Assembly (NCBI GenBank): GCA_964016885.1
Contig: OZ024765.1
Coordinates: 10,540,001 to 10,604,000 of the forward strand
Direction of reading: 5' to 3'
From: Eledone cirrhosa
Taxonomy: Eukaryota
DNA length: 64,000 nucleotides
The translations under genes and the position numbers were made by a program. Positions 48,464 through 60,088 of this stretch are shown here, in pieces (the stretch's first letter is position 1; the number at the start of each line of letters is the position of its first letter). The notes under the pieces are model-generated. The model did not search any database, was not told where the DNA came from, and saw only the letters and a program-made list of their open reading frames with translations.

Positions 48464-49275
48464 CCCTTTAGCATTTACATTACTCAAAATTTACTAATGT
48501 ATTTCATGACAAAGGCTTTACCTCACATAATATTGAATCTATGATATTTTGATATTATTTATTTTGAGGATAATACCTTAACATGAGTATGAGTGGCTGA
48601 TTATGGCCGGCTTGAACAGAAAGAGGTGAGAGAATTCTGGCGGATCAGTATAAAGGCTACCTCACATAATATCTCACATAACATTTACATTACTCTATAT
48701 ATACTATTGTATTTTCACAGTAAAGGCTTTACCTCACATAATATCTCACATAACATTTACATTACTCTATATATACTATTGTATTTTCACAGTAAAGGCT
48801 TTACCTCACGTAACATTTACATTACTCTATATATACTATTGTATTTTCACAGTAAAGGCTTTACCTCATATAATATCTCACATAACATTTACATTACTCT
48901 ATATCTACTATTGTATTTTCACAGTAAAGGCTTTACCTCACATAATATCTCACATAACATTTACATTATTCTATATCTACTATTGTATTTTCACAGTAAA
49001 GGCTTTACCTCACATAATATCTCACATAACATTTACATTACTCTATATATACTATTGTATTGTCACAGTAAAGGCTTTACCTCACATAATATCGAATCTA
49101 TGAAATTTTGATATTTATTTTAAGAAGAATACCTTAACATCAGTATGAATGACCAAGTACAGTTGGTTTAATAATAATAATGAAATTATTGTGTACAGTG
49201 TTCAGGTGTACTACACTTAAACAGAAAGGGTTGAGAGAATTCTGGCCAGATATGGCCTGTTTAAATGGTAAAAGG
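48464..49275. mobile_element. Same MITE family in opposite orientation with about 6 x 72-bp units
   Basis: TTAA-CCCTTTAGCATTTAC ... AAAGG-TTAA; array near 48655-49090. Confidence 0.7.
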
Positions 49276-50149
49276 TTAAATAATAAGAAAGTTTACAAAT
49301 GCTAGTTAAGTTAATGTTAAGTATATTTAATACAAAAGAAAAACAATAGTCAATTTAGTATTAGTATATTTAATTCTTGAAAAATTAAAAACTGTAACAA
49401 TGTTAGTGTTAACACATTCAATATATGGTGTAACATTTTTTGTGGGAAAAAAAAAACAAAACAAAAAACAATATGAATCAATGATTAATATTATTTTCAA
49501 TTACATTTGCAAGTATTGGAGACAACTCTGAACATATTCAGCCCTATTATAACCTCATCAGCAAAGCATACACTTCATAGTATTTGCAAAAGTAGTGATG
49601 AGACAATCACAGAAAAATAACCTACCAGATTATACATCGGTTAGTGTAGAAAAATAAAAATGTTTACAAGAATCAGTTCCTCAGACATGCTATATGCATG
49701 AAACAATAACAGTTATGTCACTACCAACATATAGTTGTCTTTTATTATAAACCAATTATGTTAATACTGCATACTAATCCCCATTATCTTTTGCTAATTA
49801 TTGCAGTTTATTGGGGTTTTTTTGATTAATGTAACCAAAAATTAATTAATTAGCAAACAACATATAATGTTTTTGTATTTTATACACCCAGTACACTCTG
49901 TAAAGATGTTGGTGTTAAGAAGTTCATCCAGCCATAAAAACCATGCCAAACAAAACGTTGAAGGCACGCTTCAGTTGTGTTAAGAACACAACAGCCTCGG
50001 TAGTGCTGGTGGCATGATAAAATGCACCCAGTACATTCTGAAAAATGTTGGTGTTAGGGGAGGGCATCCTGCTGTAAAGATGTGCCAGAGGGTCAAATGC
50101 ACTCTTCATTTGTGTCATGGACATGAAAACTTCCCTAGTGCTGGGGCCA

Positions 50150-50465
50150 TTAAAATGCACCCAGTACACTCTGTAAAGTTGTTGGCGTTAGGAAGGGCTT
50201 CCAGCTGTAGAAACGATGACAACTTCTTTAGTGCTGGTGCCATGATAAAATGTACCCAGTACACTCTGTAAAGTTGTTGGCGTTAGGAAGGGCTTCCAGC
50301 TGTAGAAATAATGACAACCTCTTTAGTGCTGGTGCCATGATAAAATGCACCCTGGACACTCTGTAAAGTTGGCGTTAGGAAGGACATCCAGCTGTAGAAA
50401 CAATGACAACCTCTTTAGTGCTGGTGCCATGATAAAATGCACCCTGGACACTCTGTAAAATTGGC
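50150..50465. repeat. Roughly 90-bp tandem repeat (about 3.5 copies) of a SINE-like segment
   Basis: cactctgtaaagtt..ggcgttaggaagg..tccagctgtagaaa..atgacaac..tttagtgctggtgccatgataaaatg. Confidence 0.75.
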
Positions 50466-51342
50466 GTAGAAACCACAACAAAACTAGGACATATATAAAT
50501 TAGACATGGTCCAGGCCCTGGCCAGTCTAAGAAAAGAGCAGCTTGGATTAAGTACTGATTTAACCCTTTAGCATATAAACAGAATTCTCTCACCTCTTTC
50601 TGTTCAAACTGGCTGTAACTAGCCACTCATACTGATGTTAAGGTATTGTTCTCAAAATAAATAATATGAAAATCTTATAGATTCGATATTATAGGAGATA
50701 ATTATGTGAAAATACAATAGTATATATATAGAGTAATCATCATCATCATCATCATTTTACGTCCGCTCTTCCCTGCTTGCAAGGGTGGGACAGGAACTGA
50801 TTCTGGCTTGATTTCTACAGCTGGATGCCCTTCCTAACACCAACCTCATTTACAGTGAGTGCTGGGTGCTTTTTTTTGCCATGGCACCTCCATGACCACC
50901 TTGCAGTGGGGGGTGTGGGGGCATATTGTCTATCTTCTCTCTTATTTCTACAGCTGAGTAAACTGGAGCAATGTGAAATAAAGTGTCTTGCTCAAGGAAA
51001 CAACACATCACCCGGTCTGAGAATTGAACTCACAACCTTTCGATTGCAAGGCTAATGCTCTAACCACTAAGCCATGCTAAAGCATTAATCTGTAAAGCTC
51101 TGTCCAACCCATGCTAACTTGGGAGAAATGGACTACATGATGATGATGATACTTAGATTAGCCCTTTAGTATTTACATTTCTCTATATCTACTATTATAT
51201 TTTCACAGTAAAGGCTTTACTTCACATAATATCGAATCTGAGATTTTGATATTATTTATTTTGAGAACAATACCTTAACATCAGTATGAGCAGCTGGTTT
51301 CAGCCGGTTTGAACAGAAAGATGATAAGTATGATGATGACAC

Positions 51343-52666
51343 TTAAATTAAATCTATATCAAAATCAACCAGTAATTCAAAATGTCTATCAATAGATCTC
51401 GGTAAGGAACTATAGTAAGTTTTTTCTTTGACATTTCCATTAAATCGTTGGAGTTTTTCAACAAAAAGCTTCTCTTCCCGTCCAATCCACACTCTGGTCA
51501 TATCCTTAAGCTGATATGGTGTGACATGAACCGAGATTTTCATAGCTGACTGAGCCAGATTTTGTAAAATTTCAACATTGGTGATCCAGGTTTTTTCTCC
51601 GCCCCCTGAATGCCCACCATCAAGCCAATAGAGAGTTTGGACACAGCCGATAAAGTTCAGAGTCTCTGGTTCCATTTCTGCCATAAGATCATGAATAAGT
51701 TGGTTCAAGACAACACAACCCTTGCTGAATCCTACTATGCAAACCGGAAGAGAGACATGGAAATCTGCGGTGTTCGTGTTCATGTTTGTTTCTTTGTTTT
51801 CACCATTCTTAATGGACAGAATTTCCTGGATTGCTTTGTGATAGAGCTTCTCAAGCTGGTGCCATGATCCCTGACCAATAGAATGTTCTGGAACTCCTAC
51901 ATCATTTGAAACAACAAAATTTGAAAATACACTAAAAGTACCATAATTTAACTTCGCTGGCTTCACTACGAATACAACACTGTCGGGGAACTTTTTCTGG
52001 AGAAGTTTGGCTGTGTTTTCTAAATTCCATTGGCTGTATTTCTTGCTGTCACGGTGGAAAAGCATTTTTTCTGTATAATCCTGAAATAAATGAAAAAGAA
52101 TTTGAATTATTGTTATTACTAGATAAGGCGATGTCTTCTCCCTCTTTCTGTCTCACACACACACTCTCTCTCTCTAAACAAATGACATTCCTTTTCTCTC
52201 TATATCTATGTACATGTCTCTCACTTCCCCTCTCTCTCTCTATATATATAGACGAGGGCGACGTCATAACCTTCTATCTACCTCTTTCTGTCACCTCGAA
52301 AACACACATCATTTTTTCTGTATAATCCTGAAATAAATTAAAAAGAATTTGAATTATTATTATCAATATTTGATGAGGCGGTGGATTGGCAGTATCGGTA
52401 GAGAGTCGGACACCATGCTTTGAAGCATAGAGTTACGGCCCTTTATGATCTGAGTTCAAATCCCACCGAGGTTAACTTTGCCTTTCATCCTTACGGGGGT
52501 CGATAAAATAAAGTACCAGTAATGCACTGGGTAATTTGCTGGCCTTGTGCCAAAAGTAGAAACAATTATTATTTGATGAGGCGACATCTCTCTCTCTCTA
52601 AACAAATGATGTTCCTTTTCTGTCTCTATGTATGTATATATATCTCACTTAGCACTTTCTCTCTCT

Positions 52667-52700
<34 letters not shown>

Positions 52701-53823
52701 GGGGGGGGGGGGCGACATCATAACCTTCTATCTTCCTGTCACCTCGAAATTATATATATATATACACACACACAGAATATTCATAGATTAAAAAGGTCTA
52801 TATACAATATTTACAGAAACTTATAGTCAGTAAACACCAATTAGAGTATTTACAAGGTATACACACTTTTTACAAATATATACACATATAACCCTTTCAT
52901 GAGCATATTTCTTTAGAAATACACTCTATGTCAGTTAGTTAATGAAGAATTTTGAGGGATTTACTAAAATTATTAATTATTTCATTACTAAGAAGTAACT
53001 TAATGTAAGGTTCTTATATAAAATTATGTTGAAAGATTTTTTATGTAAATTGGAAGCCTTTAAAATGGGTGGTTTTATTTCATAGAACCAGAGTTGGTTT
53101 TGGCCAGGTTGGTAACTAAAGGGTTAAAGGCAGAATTGAATACAAAATATAATGGATAAAATGCAATTGTTGGGCTCCAGTTATTATGATTGTATCCTGA
53201 GCTGATCGATATTGAAACAATTCTAATATGCCAATAAAGTTTATATATATGCTGCAAAAGGGACTCTGAGCCTCCTACTTATATATATATATATATATAT
53301 ATAAGTTATTCTGGGTTGAATCGGAGGTAACCACAGTAAGTAAGGTACTCAATACATTGAGTATAAAAGTTAGCTCCCTGATGATTTCTCACGAATGAAA
53401 CAGTTCTAGTCCTGTAGATCTTCTATATTAAGACTTACACATATATGTAAAAGGTAAATAGAAATAACAACACAAGCGGTACAGGAAGGTATATATTAGG
53501 TTAACGCTTGATATTGCAGAAAGAGGGTCTTAACGTTTCGGACGCTAGTCCTTTACCAGAAGAAAGAATGAGAAATAAGATAGATAGGGCGGGATGGAAT
53601 TTGAAAAAATTGTCTTTAGATAAAAATAATAGGTCCATTCATGTTGACATCTCTTGCAAAACTGTTGGTGCTGGCGTTTTGTGTATGATTTGTTTTTTTT
53701 TAGAAAAGTGGATGATGGCGCAGAGAGAGAGAAAGAGGGGAGAATCGACTCCACTATTGAATTGGTACTTTATAGACTGCAAATGGGTGAAAAGCAAAGT
53801 TAATCTCAGCGGGATTTGAACAG

Positions 53824-53866
<43 letters not shown>

Positions 53867-54707
53867 AGAGATGAACAGACAGATACAGCGATAAACAGGT
53901 AGATAGATAGATATGTTTCTTTATTAGCCACAGGGGCACAAAAGAAGGGGACAATTACAAAGGGGGAGTTTACATACAATAAAAACGTGTAAAATGTTAT
54001 CACAATTGTAAATTAAAAGTTAATCGATTTTCCCCCAATAGGAGGAGACAGTTCATATGGGTAGCACATACCCCCGAAAAAATGTGCAACCCTCATCTCC
54101 AGGATAAATAGATAGATAGGTAGACAGCTACATAGATAGACAGACATGTAGGTAGATAGACAGCTACATAGATAGACAGACATGTAGATAGATAGACAGC
54201 TACATAGATAGACAGACATGTAGGTAGATAGACAGCTACATAGATAGACAGACATGTAGATAGGTAGACAGCTACATAGATAGACAGACATGTAGGTAGA
54301 TAGACAGCTACATAGATAGACAGACATGTAGGTAGATAGACAGCTACATAGATAGACAGACATGTAGGTAGATAGACAGGAACATAGGTGGATAGAGAGA
54401 TATGTAAACAAACAGGATAGGTAGATATATAGACAGACAGGTAGGTAGGTAGATAGATGACTCGTATATATAATACCTGCACATCTCCTCCAAAGTAAAT
54501 AACATGTTTTTGCGCAGACATAATATCTCCACACACAATCACATCGTTTTGTTTCTCACTAGTGCTGCCATGAACACGAAGAAGTCTCCTACATTCTTCA
54601 GCTTTCTCCGCAACGGAACCATCACAAGAAATACTTTCTTCTTCAGCTTTCTCCGCAACGGAACCATCACAAGAAATAATTTCTTCGTCAGCTTTCTCAG
54701 CCATCAT
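51343..54707 (-). CDS. C2orf69: C2orf69 / UPF0565 family protein (esterase-like fold), 2 coding exons, about 322 aa
   Basis: Exon 1 is 54707-54477 (MMAEKADEE...HVIYFGGDVQ|gtatta). Exon 2 is 52080-51343 (tttcag|DYTEKMLFH...WNLENTA...GFSKGCVVLNQL...YWLDGGHSGG...WIT...HVTPYQ...IGREE...HF). Phase 0. These motifs match the C2orf69 family. Confidence 0.9.
52381..52570 (+). mobile_element. tRNA-derived SINE family A with 14-bp TSD
   Basis: TSD tatttgatgaggcg at 52367-52380 and 52570-52583. Core gcctttcatccttacggggtcgataaaataaagtacc resembles the MetaSINE-type central domain. More than 20 copies in the window, e.g. 1078, 1463, 6745(-), 7110(-), 11250, 27320, 31670, 31910, 37090, 55275. Confidence 0.88.
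54120..54380. repeat. 36-bp GATA/GACA minisatellite in the C2orf69 intron
   Basis: agacagctacatagatagacagacatgtaggtagat about 7x. Confidence 0.85.
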
Positions 54708-54779
54708 TAAAGCCTCAGATTTGCTTGTTTTTATAATCAAAATTAAATATATATATATATGTTTCGTTTTTTTGCTTTT

Positions 54780-55020
54780 CCCCAAAACAACGAAGTTACG
54801 TAGTTTAAAGATCAAGTGTTGTTATAATTATTGTAATTATCATTAAGGTAATCCTTCGTTTTAAGATCACAGACATCCGGTAATTTCCGTGAGTGAAAAA
54901 AAATGACTAATTTTATTTTATTTTATTGGATTACATTGTTATTATTACTGCTGTTGTTTGTGCCGTAAAAAACCCTCAACGAAGTTAGTTTAAAGAGCAA
55001 CGTGTTGTTATAACATACGA
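54780..55020 (-). promoter_or_regulatory. Candidate C2orf69 promoter
   Basis: ETS-type ACCGGATGT on - near 54873-54881 and CGGAAAT; duplicated motif caacgaagtt..tagtttaaaga..gtgttgttataa at about 54788 and 54977. Confidence 0.35.
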
Positions 55021-56099
55021 AATATTATGTTAGAGATAACGACTGTAACAGAGCCACCCCCAGACGGTGATCTATAAACGGGTACACTATATATACGACA
55101 ACAGACAATAAAACTTATTATATAGGTGACTCTCCGCCTGTGCATGTATTATATTATATTATACAGCTAAGTATGTTATTGTTGCATCGATGACACTCAC
55201 ACAAACTGAGATAAAAATAGGTTTTCATATTTAAAGGGAGACAACAGTATCATAACTTAAAACTTCATTATATTAATTGGCAGTATCGGTAGATGGTCGG
55301 ACACCATGCTTTGCAGCAAAGAGTTACGGCCCTTTATGATCTGAGTTCAAATCCCGCCGAGGTTAGCTTTGCCTTTCATCCTTACGGGGTCGATAAAATA
55401 AAGTACCAGTAATGTACTGGGGTTATTGCTGGCCTTGTGCCAAAAGTATAAACCATTATTTAGAAAGTTTTCCTGCCGAGGTTAGCTTTGCCTTTCCTCC
55501 TTACGAGGTCGATTAAATAAAGTACCAGTAATGGTACTGGATTCGATTTAATCGACTCTCCCCTCCCGCAAATATTGTCGGCCTTGTGCCTAGATCAGAA
55601 ACCGTTATTAAGCAGAAAACCACTCGAATGGTGGTTTTTATGCTAGTATATATAATAATTGTTTCTACTTTTGATCTGAGTTCAAATCCCGCCGAGGTTA
55701 ACTTTGTCTTTCATCCTTACGGGGTCGCTAAAATAAAGTACCGGTAATGTACTGGGGATTGCTGGCCTTGTGCCAAAAGTAGAAACAATTATTGAGTAAG
55801 TGTTTATAATTCTTACAGAATGTAAATATACACACAAATAAAATACTTAAGCTCTGTATTTTCCAGCCTATGGGACTTACTTTTTTCTGAACAAATACAA
55901 GTGACTGAAGTGCCTTTGAGCTACACACCACATATTGTGTACCTTTACTCCAGAGATAAGGGAGCCGCTCTAGGTAGAGCTGCTACTTCTTCAAATTGAG
56001 CGATCACAGCTCTGATACTATGGATATGAGGTCAGAATACAAGCAGCCAAAACGGGGATCCTCTGAAGGGTCTTTGAAGTAAAGTTACTTGATAGAGTG

Positions 56100-57310
56100 T
56101 GTAGCTCAGAGATAAGAGAGATGCTACTTCTCCAAATTGAGAGATCACACAGCTCTAATATTACAGACATGTGGTTAGAATGTCTCAAGAAAGAATCACT
56201 GGACAGATTTGTAGCTCAGAGATCAGAGAGTCACTCTCGGTAGAGCTGTTACTTCTCTGAATTGAGTGATCACAGCTCCGATACTATGGACATGTGGTCA
56301 GAATGTCTAAGGAAAGAATTACTGGACAGATTTGTAGCTCAGAGATCAGAGAGTCACTCTCGGTAGAGCTGTTACTTCTCTGAATTGAGTGATCACAGCT
56401 CCGATACTATGGTCATGTGGTCAGAATGTCTAAGGAAAGAATTACTGGACAGATTTGTAGCTCAGATCAGAGAGTCACTCTTGGTAGAGCTGTTACTTCT
56501 CTGAATTGAGTGATCACAGCTCCGATACTATGGACATGTGGTCAGAATGTCTAAGGAAAGAATTACTGGACAGATTTGTAGCTCAGATCAGAGAGTCACT
56601 CTCGGTAGAGCTGTTACTTCTCTGAATTGAGTGATCACAGCTCCGATACTATGGACATGTGGTCAGAATGTCTAAGGAAAGAATCACTGGACAGATTTGT
56701 AGCTCAGAGATCAGAGAGTCGCTCTTGGTAGAGCTGTTACTTCTCTGAATTGAGTGATCACAGCTCCGATACTATGGACATGTGGTCGGAATGTCTAAGG
56801 AAAGAATTACTGGACAGATTTGTAGCTCAGAGATCAGAGAGTCACTCTCGGTAGAGCTGTTACTTCTCTGAATTGAGTGATCACAGCTCCGATACTATGG
56901 ACATGTGGTCAGAATGTCTAAGGAAAGAATTACTGGACAGATTTGTAGCTCAGAGATCAGAGAGTCACTCTCGGTAGAGCTGTTACTTCTCTGAATTGAG
57001 TGATCACAGCTCTGATACTATGGACATGTGGTCAGAATGTCTAAGGAAAGAATTACTGGACAGATTTGTAGCTCAGAGATCAGAGAGTCACTCTCGGTAG
57101 AGCTGTTACTTCTCTGAATTGAGTGATCACAGCTCCGATACTATGGACATGTGGTCAGAATGTCTAAGGAAAGAATTACTGGACAGATTTGTAGCTCAGA
57201 GATCAGAGAGTCACTCTCGGTAGAGCTGTTACTTCTCTGAATTGAGTGATCACAGCTCCGATACTATGGTCAGAATGTCTAAGGAAAGAATTACTGGGCA
57301 GATTTTATGG
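56100..57310 (+). repeat. 123-bp tandem repeat (about 9-10 copies) from an RTE ORF C-terminus
   Basis: Unit translates SEIRESLSVELLLL*IE*SQLRYYGHVVRMSKERITGQI. Confidence 0.9.
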
Positions 57311-57849
57311 ACTAAACCAACTAGCAGGAGATCCAGAGCAATATGGATGAATAATATCCATGAGTTTGGTTAGTCTTGCTTGAGTATTCAGCTTTTTCAA
57401 TTCGGTTGCTTCTAACTCTAACCCTATAGAAGGTATGTCTGGGGATTCTACCCCCACAACACTCCTAGGAACAAGAAATGTTGCTACAGGGGGATGTTCC
57501 AGTACTTTTGTAATAGTGTGTAATTTAGTGTATGGGGCTTCTTCTTCTGTCTTTTTTTCTTTTTAGTTTTGTAATATCTGTGTGTTGGCAGAGTCATAGG
57601 CTGACTATGAAGGAGTGATGCTAGGGCTGCGAAATCTTGTATGCATTAAATTCAACCCTTCTTATTAATAACTGTATTGTTTCTTTCGAGGGATTATGTT
57701 GAAAAACAAACTTCATTTGGTGATTCCATGAGAGTGTCTTGGTTAGCCTATGAACTTTTCAGTCGACCCTCGTGTGTGTGTGTGTTGAATATATATATAT
57801 GTATATAAATGATATTAATAAATGGAAACTATATTTATAAAACCATATT

Positions 57850-57910
57850 TATTCTATTATATATATTTCAAGGGTACCAAAACTTTGGTACGTTCTCATC
57901 AGATAAAATA
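57850..57910 (-). ncRNA. Type I hammerhead motif (same family as 9307)
   Basis: TATTTTAT-CTGATGA-..GTACCAAA/TTTGGTAC..-GAAA-TATATA-TA-ATAGAATA. Confidence 0.62.
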
Positions 57911-58591
57911 CAAAGTTTGTTTTATAAATATTGACATATCCAGGAATGAGTACTTCACGGTTCAAGTTTCACCTGTTATAAATATATTTGTTGAATTACC
58001 AAATAATTAAATATCCTTTTGCTTATATATATATATATATATACATATATATACTCCATCTTCCAACTCCTGCCAACACCACCCTTTCTCTGTTGGGACC
58101 ACAACATCCAGCCCAAACTAATGAGATTGTGTAGGTGTCACAACAACAAAAAAACACACAGTCCATGCTGTAATGTGGTCGTGTAGGTAACACAGTAAAA
58201 AGCTCCCAGTCCACACTGTAAACGTGGTTGGTGTTAGGAAGGGCATCCAGCCGTAGAAAACCTGCCAGATAGTCCTATAAGAGCGAGACACGGTTACCAG
58301 AACAATCTTACCTCAAGTGGGACAACTCCCGACTAAACCCATGCTAGCATGGAAGATAGACATTAAACGATGATGATTATATATATTGAGAGTTGCTGAA
58401 GCATGGAACAAACTACCTGCATCAGTTGTTAGCTGTCGAGATACTGCATCCTTTAAGGCCTCCATGCTTCCCGAGATCCGCCAACACTACAGCTAACACA
58501 TACACACATGTACTTCCCTGACATTTGTGTATTATTCTATGTACTTTCTTGACGAGTTGTAGTGCACCTGAGCACTTTACACAATAATTTC

Positions 58592-58623
<32 letters not shown>

Positions 58624-58997
58624 GTAAAATTAAATGTTGATTTTGAATTTTTAAATGTAAACAATTTCTCTGGCTGCTGGCTGTTGGGTATTTTGGTGAG
58701 GTTTAGAATGAGATTTTTTAATCTTAAATAACTGATTTTTGACAAGTCCCAAGAAGGAGACGAAACGTTCGTAAATCAGCATTTATTGTAAAAACGTATT
58801 TGGTATCTATTTTAATGAATACTTTACTTAGCACAATAGAATTTTGTATACATGCTTGTTTGGAAAATGATTTCAAAGAAGTATAAAACGTAGCCTTTTG
58901 CACTGCTTATTATAATAAATTACTCTATTTTGAGTTATTTTTAACTTCTCCACCTATGTTTCTAATTTTTTATATTGATTTTGTAAAAAACGATATC

Positions 58998-59052
<55 letters not shown>

Positions 59053-59109
59053 TAAAAAAATAATGAATAAAACAATGAAACAGTTCCTTATATTAAACAA
59101 AAAAAGTTC

Positions 59110-59256
59110 ATTATTTAACGATCGTTTCTAGGACATATATGTGTTAGAATTGGCATTCATATTCAAAAGATCTATGTACAAAATTATACAAAATTATACA
59201 AACTATCAAATAGAATATACATACCAACACATACATATGCCGTCTTCAGAAATAAT
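59110..59256 (-). ncRNA. Hammerhead motif with extended stem II
   Basis: Stem I ATTATTT/AAATAAT; CTGAAGA; roughly 114-nt stem II region with GGCATAT..ATGTGTTGG/CTAACACATATATGTC pairing; GAAACGATCGTT with palindromic stem III. Confidence 0.55.
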
Positions 59257-59257
59257 C

Positions 59258-59301
<44 letters not shown>

Positions 59302-59788
59302 CTGATGAACCTACTGGACGTTTCTGTTAAGATCGCCTAGTTTCCTGAAACCTTTCGTAATGGAATAATTATATTCTGTTGTTTATTATGTAATTATATA
59401 TATATATATATATTACATTCATTTGATTTATTGATTTTATTGATTTTTTATCTGAGTGTCCCGAACCTTCCAGATCGCAACTTTTCGATCGTACGCTTGA
59501 TTATAGACTTGTTCTATGTGTGACGGTATTTTAACGATAGTTATAGCTCTGATTTATCTAAATTATGGAGCCCTCTGCCGCTCATATCGAATTTTGTTTA
59601 TCGTGAACTCGTGCGCCGATTTTTCGATACTCGATTATTCTACTATATATATATATATATATAGGAACGAGTAGGACCCCGACGGCTGAGCTCAAGCCGT
59701 TGAAACTCGTTCCTATTACCCACTCTACTACCCTAAGTATTGAGTACTTTGGTGCGTTATGGTCCATCTGGTTCCTTACCACATATAT

Positions 59789-59841
59789 ATATTGTCTGAT
59801 GAGGACGTACTGTTGTACATCCGAAATATGTATAATAAAAT
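59789..59841 (+). ncRNA. Type I hammerhead ribozyme motif
   Basis: ATATTGT-CTGATGA(59796-59802)-GGACGTAC-tgtt-GTACATCC-GAAA-TATGTA-TA-ATAAAAT; canonical G10.1-C11.1 pair. Confidence 0.75.
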
Positions 59842-59879
59842 GTAATTGATCCAAAGAACATCTATTTTATTAATATTTG

Positions 59880-59927
<48 letters not shown>

Positions 59928-59970
59928 GACACACACATATATATATATACACATATATATATATATATAT

Positions 59971-60045
59971 GATGGCTGCCCCCTCGTTATCGAGTATGGC
60001 CATTGCACAATAAAAAAAAAAAAAAATAAATAAAAATAAAATAAA

Positions 60046-60088
<43 letters not shown>

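Noticed and set aside
53385-53420. Hammerhead CTGATGA..GAAAC..GTC
   Set aside because: Stem I cannot form and the stem II closing pair is mismatched; at best a decayed copy.
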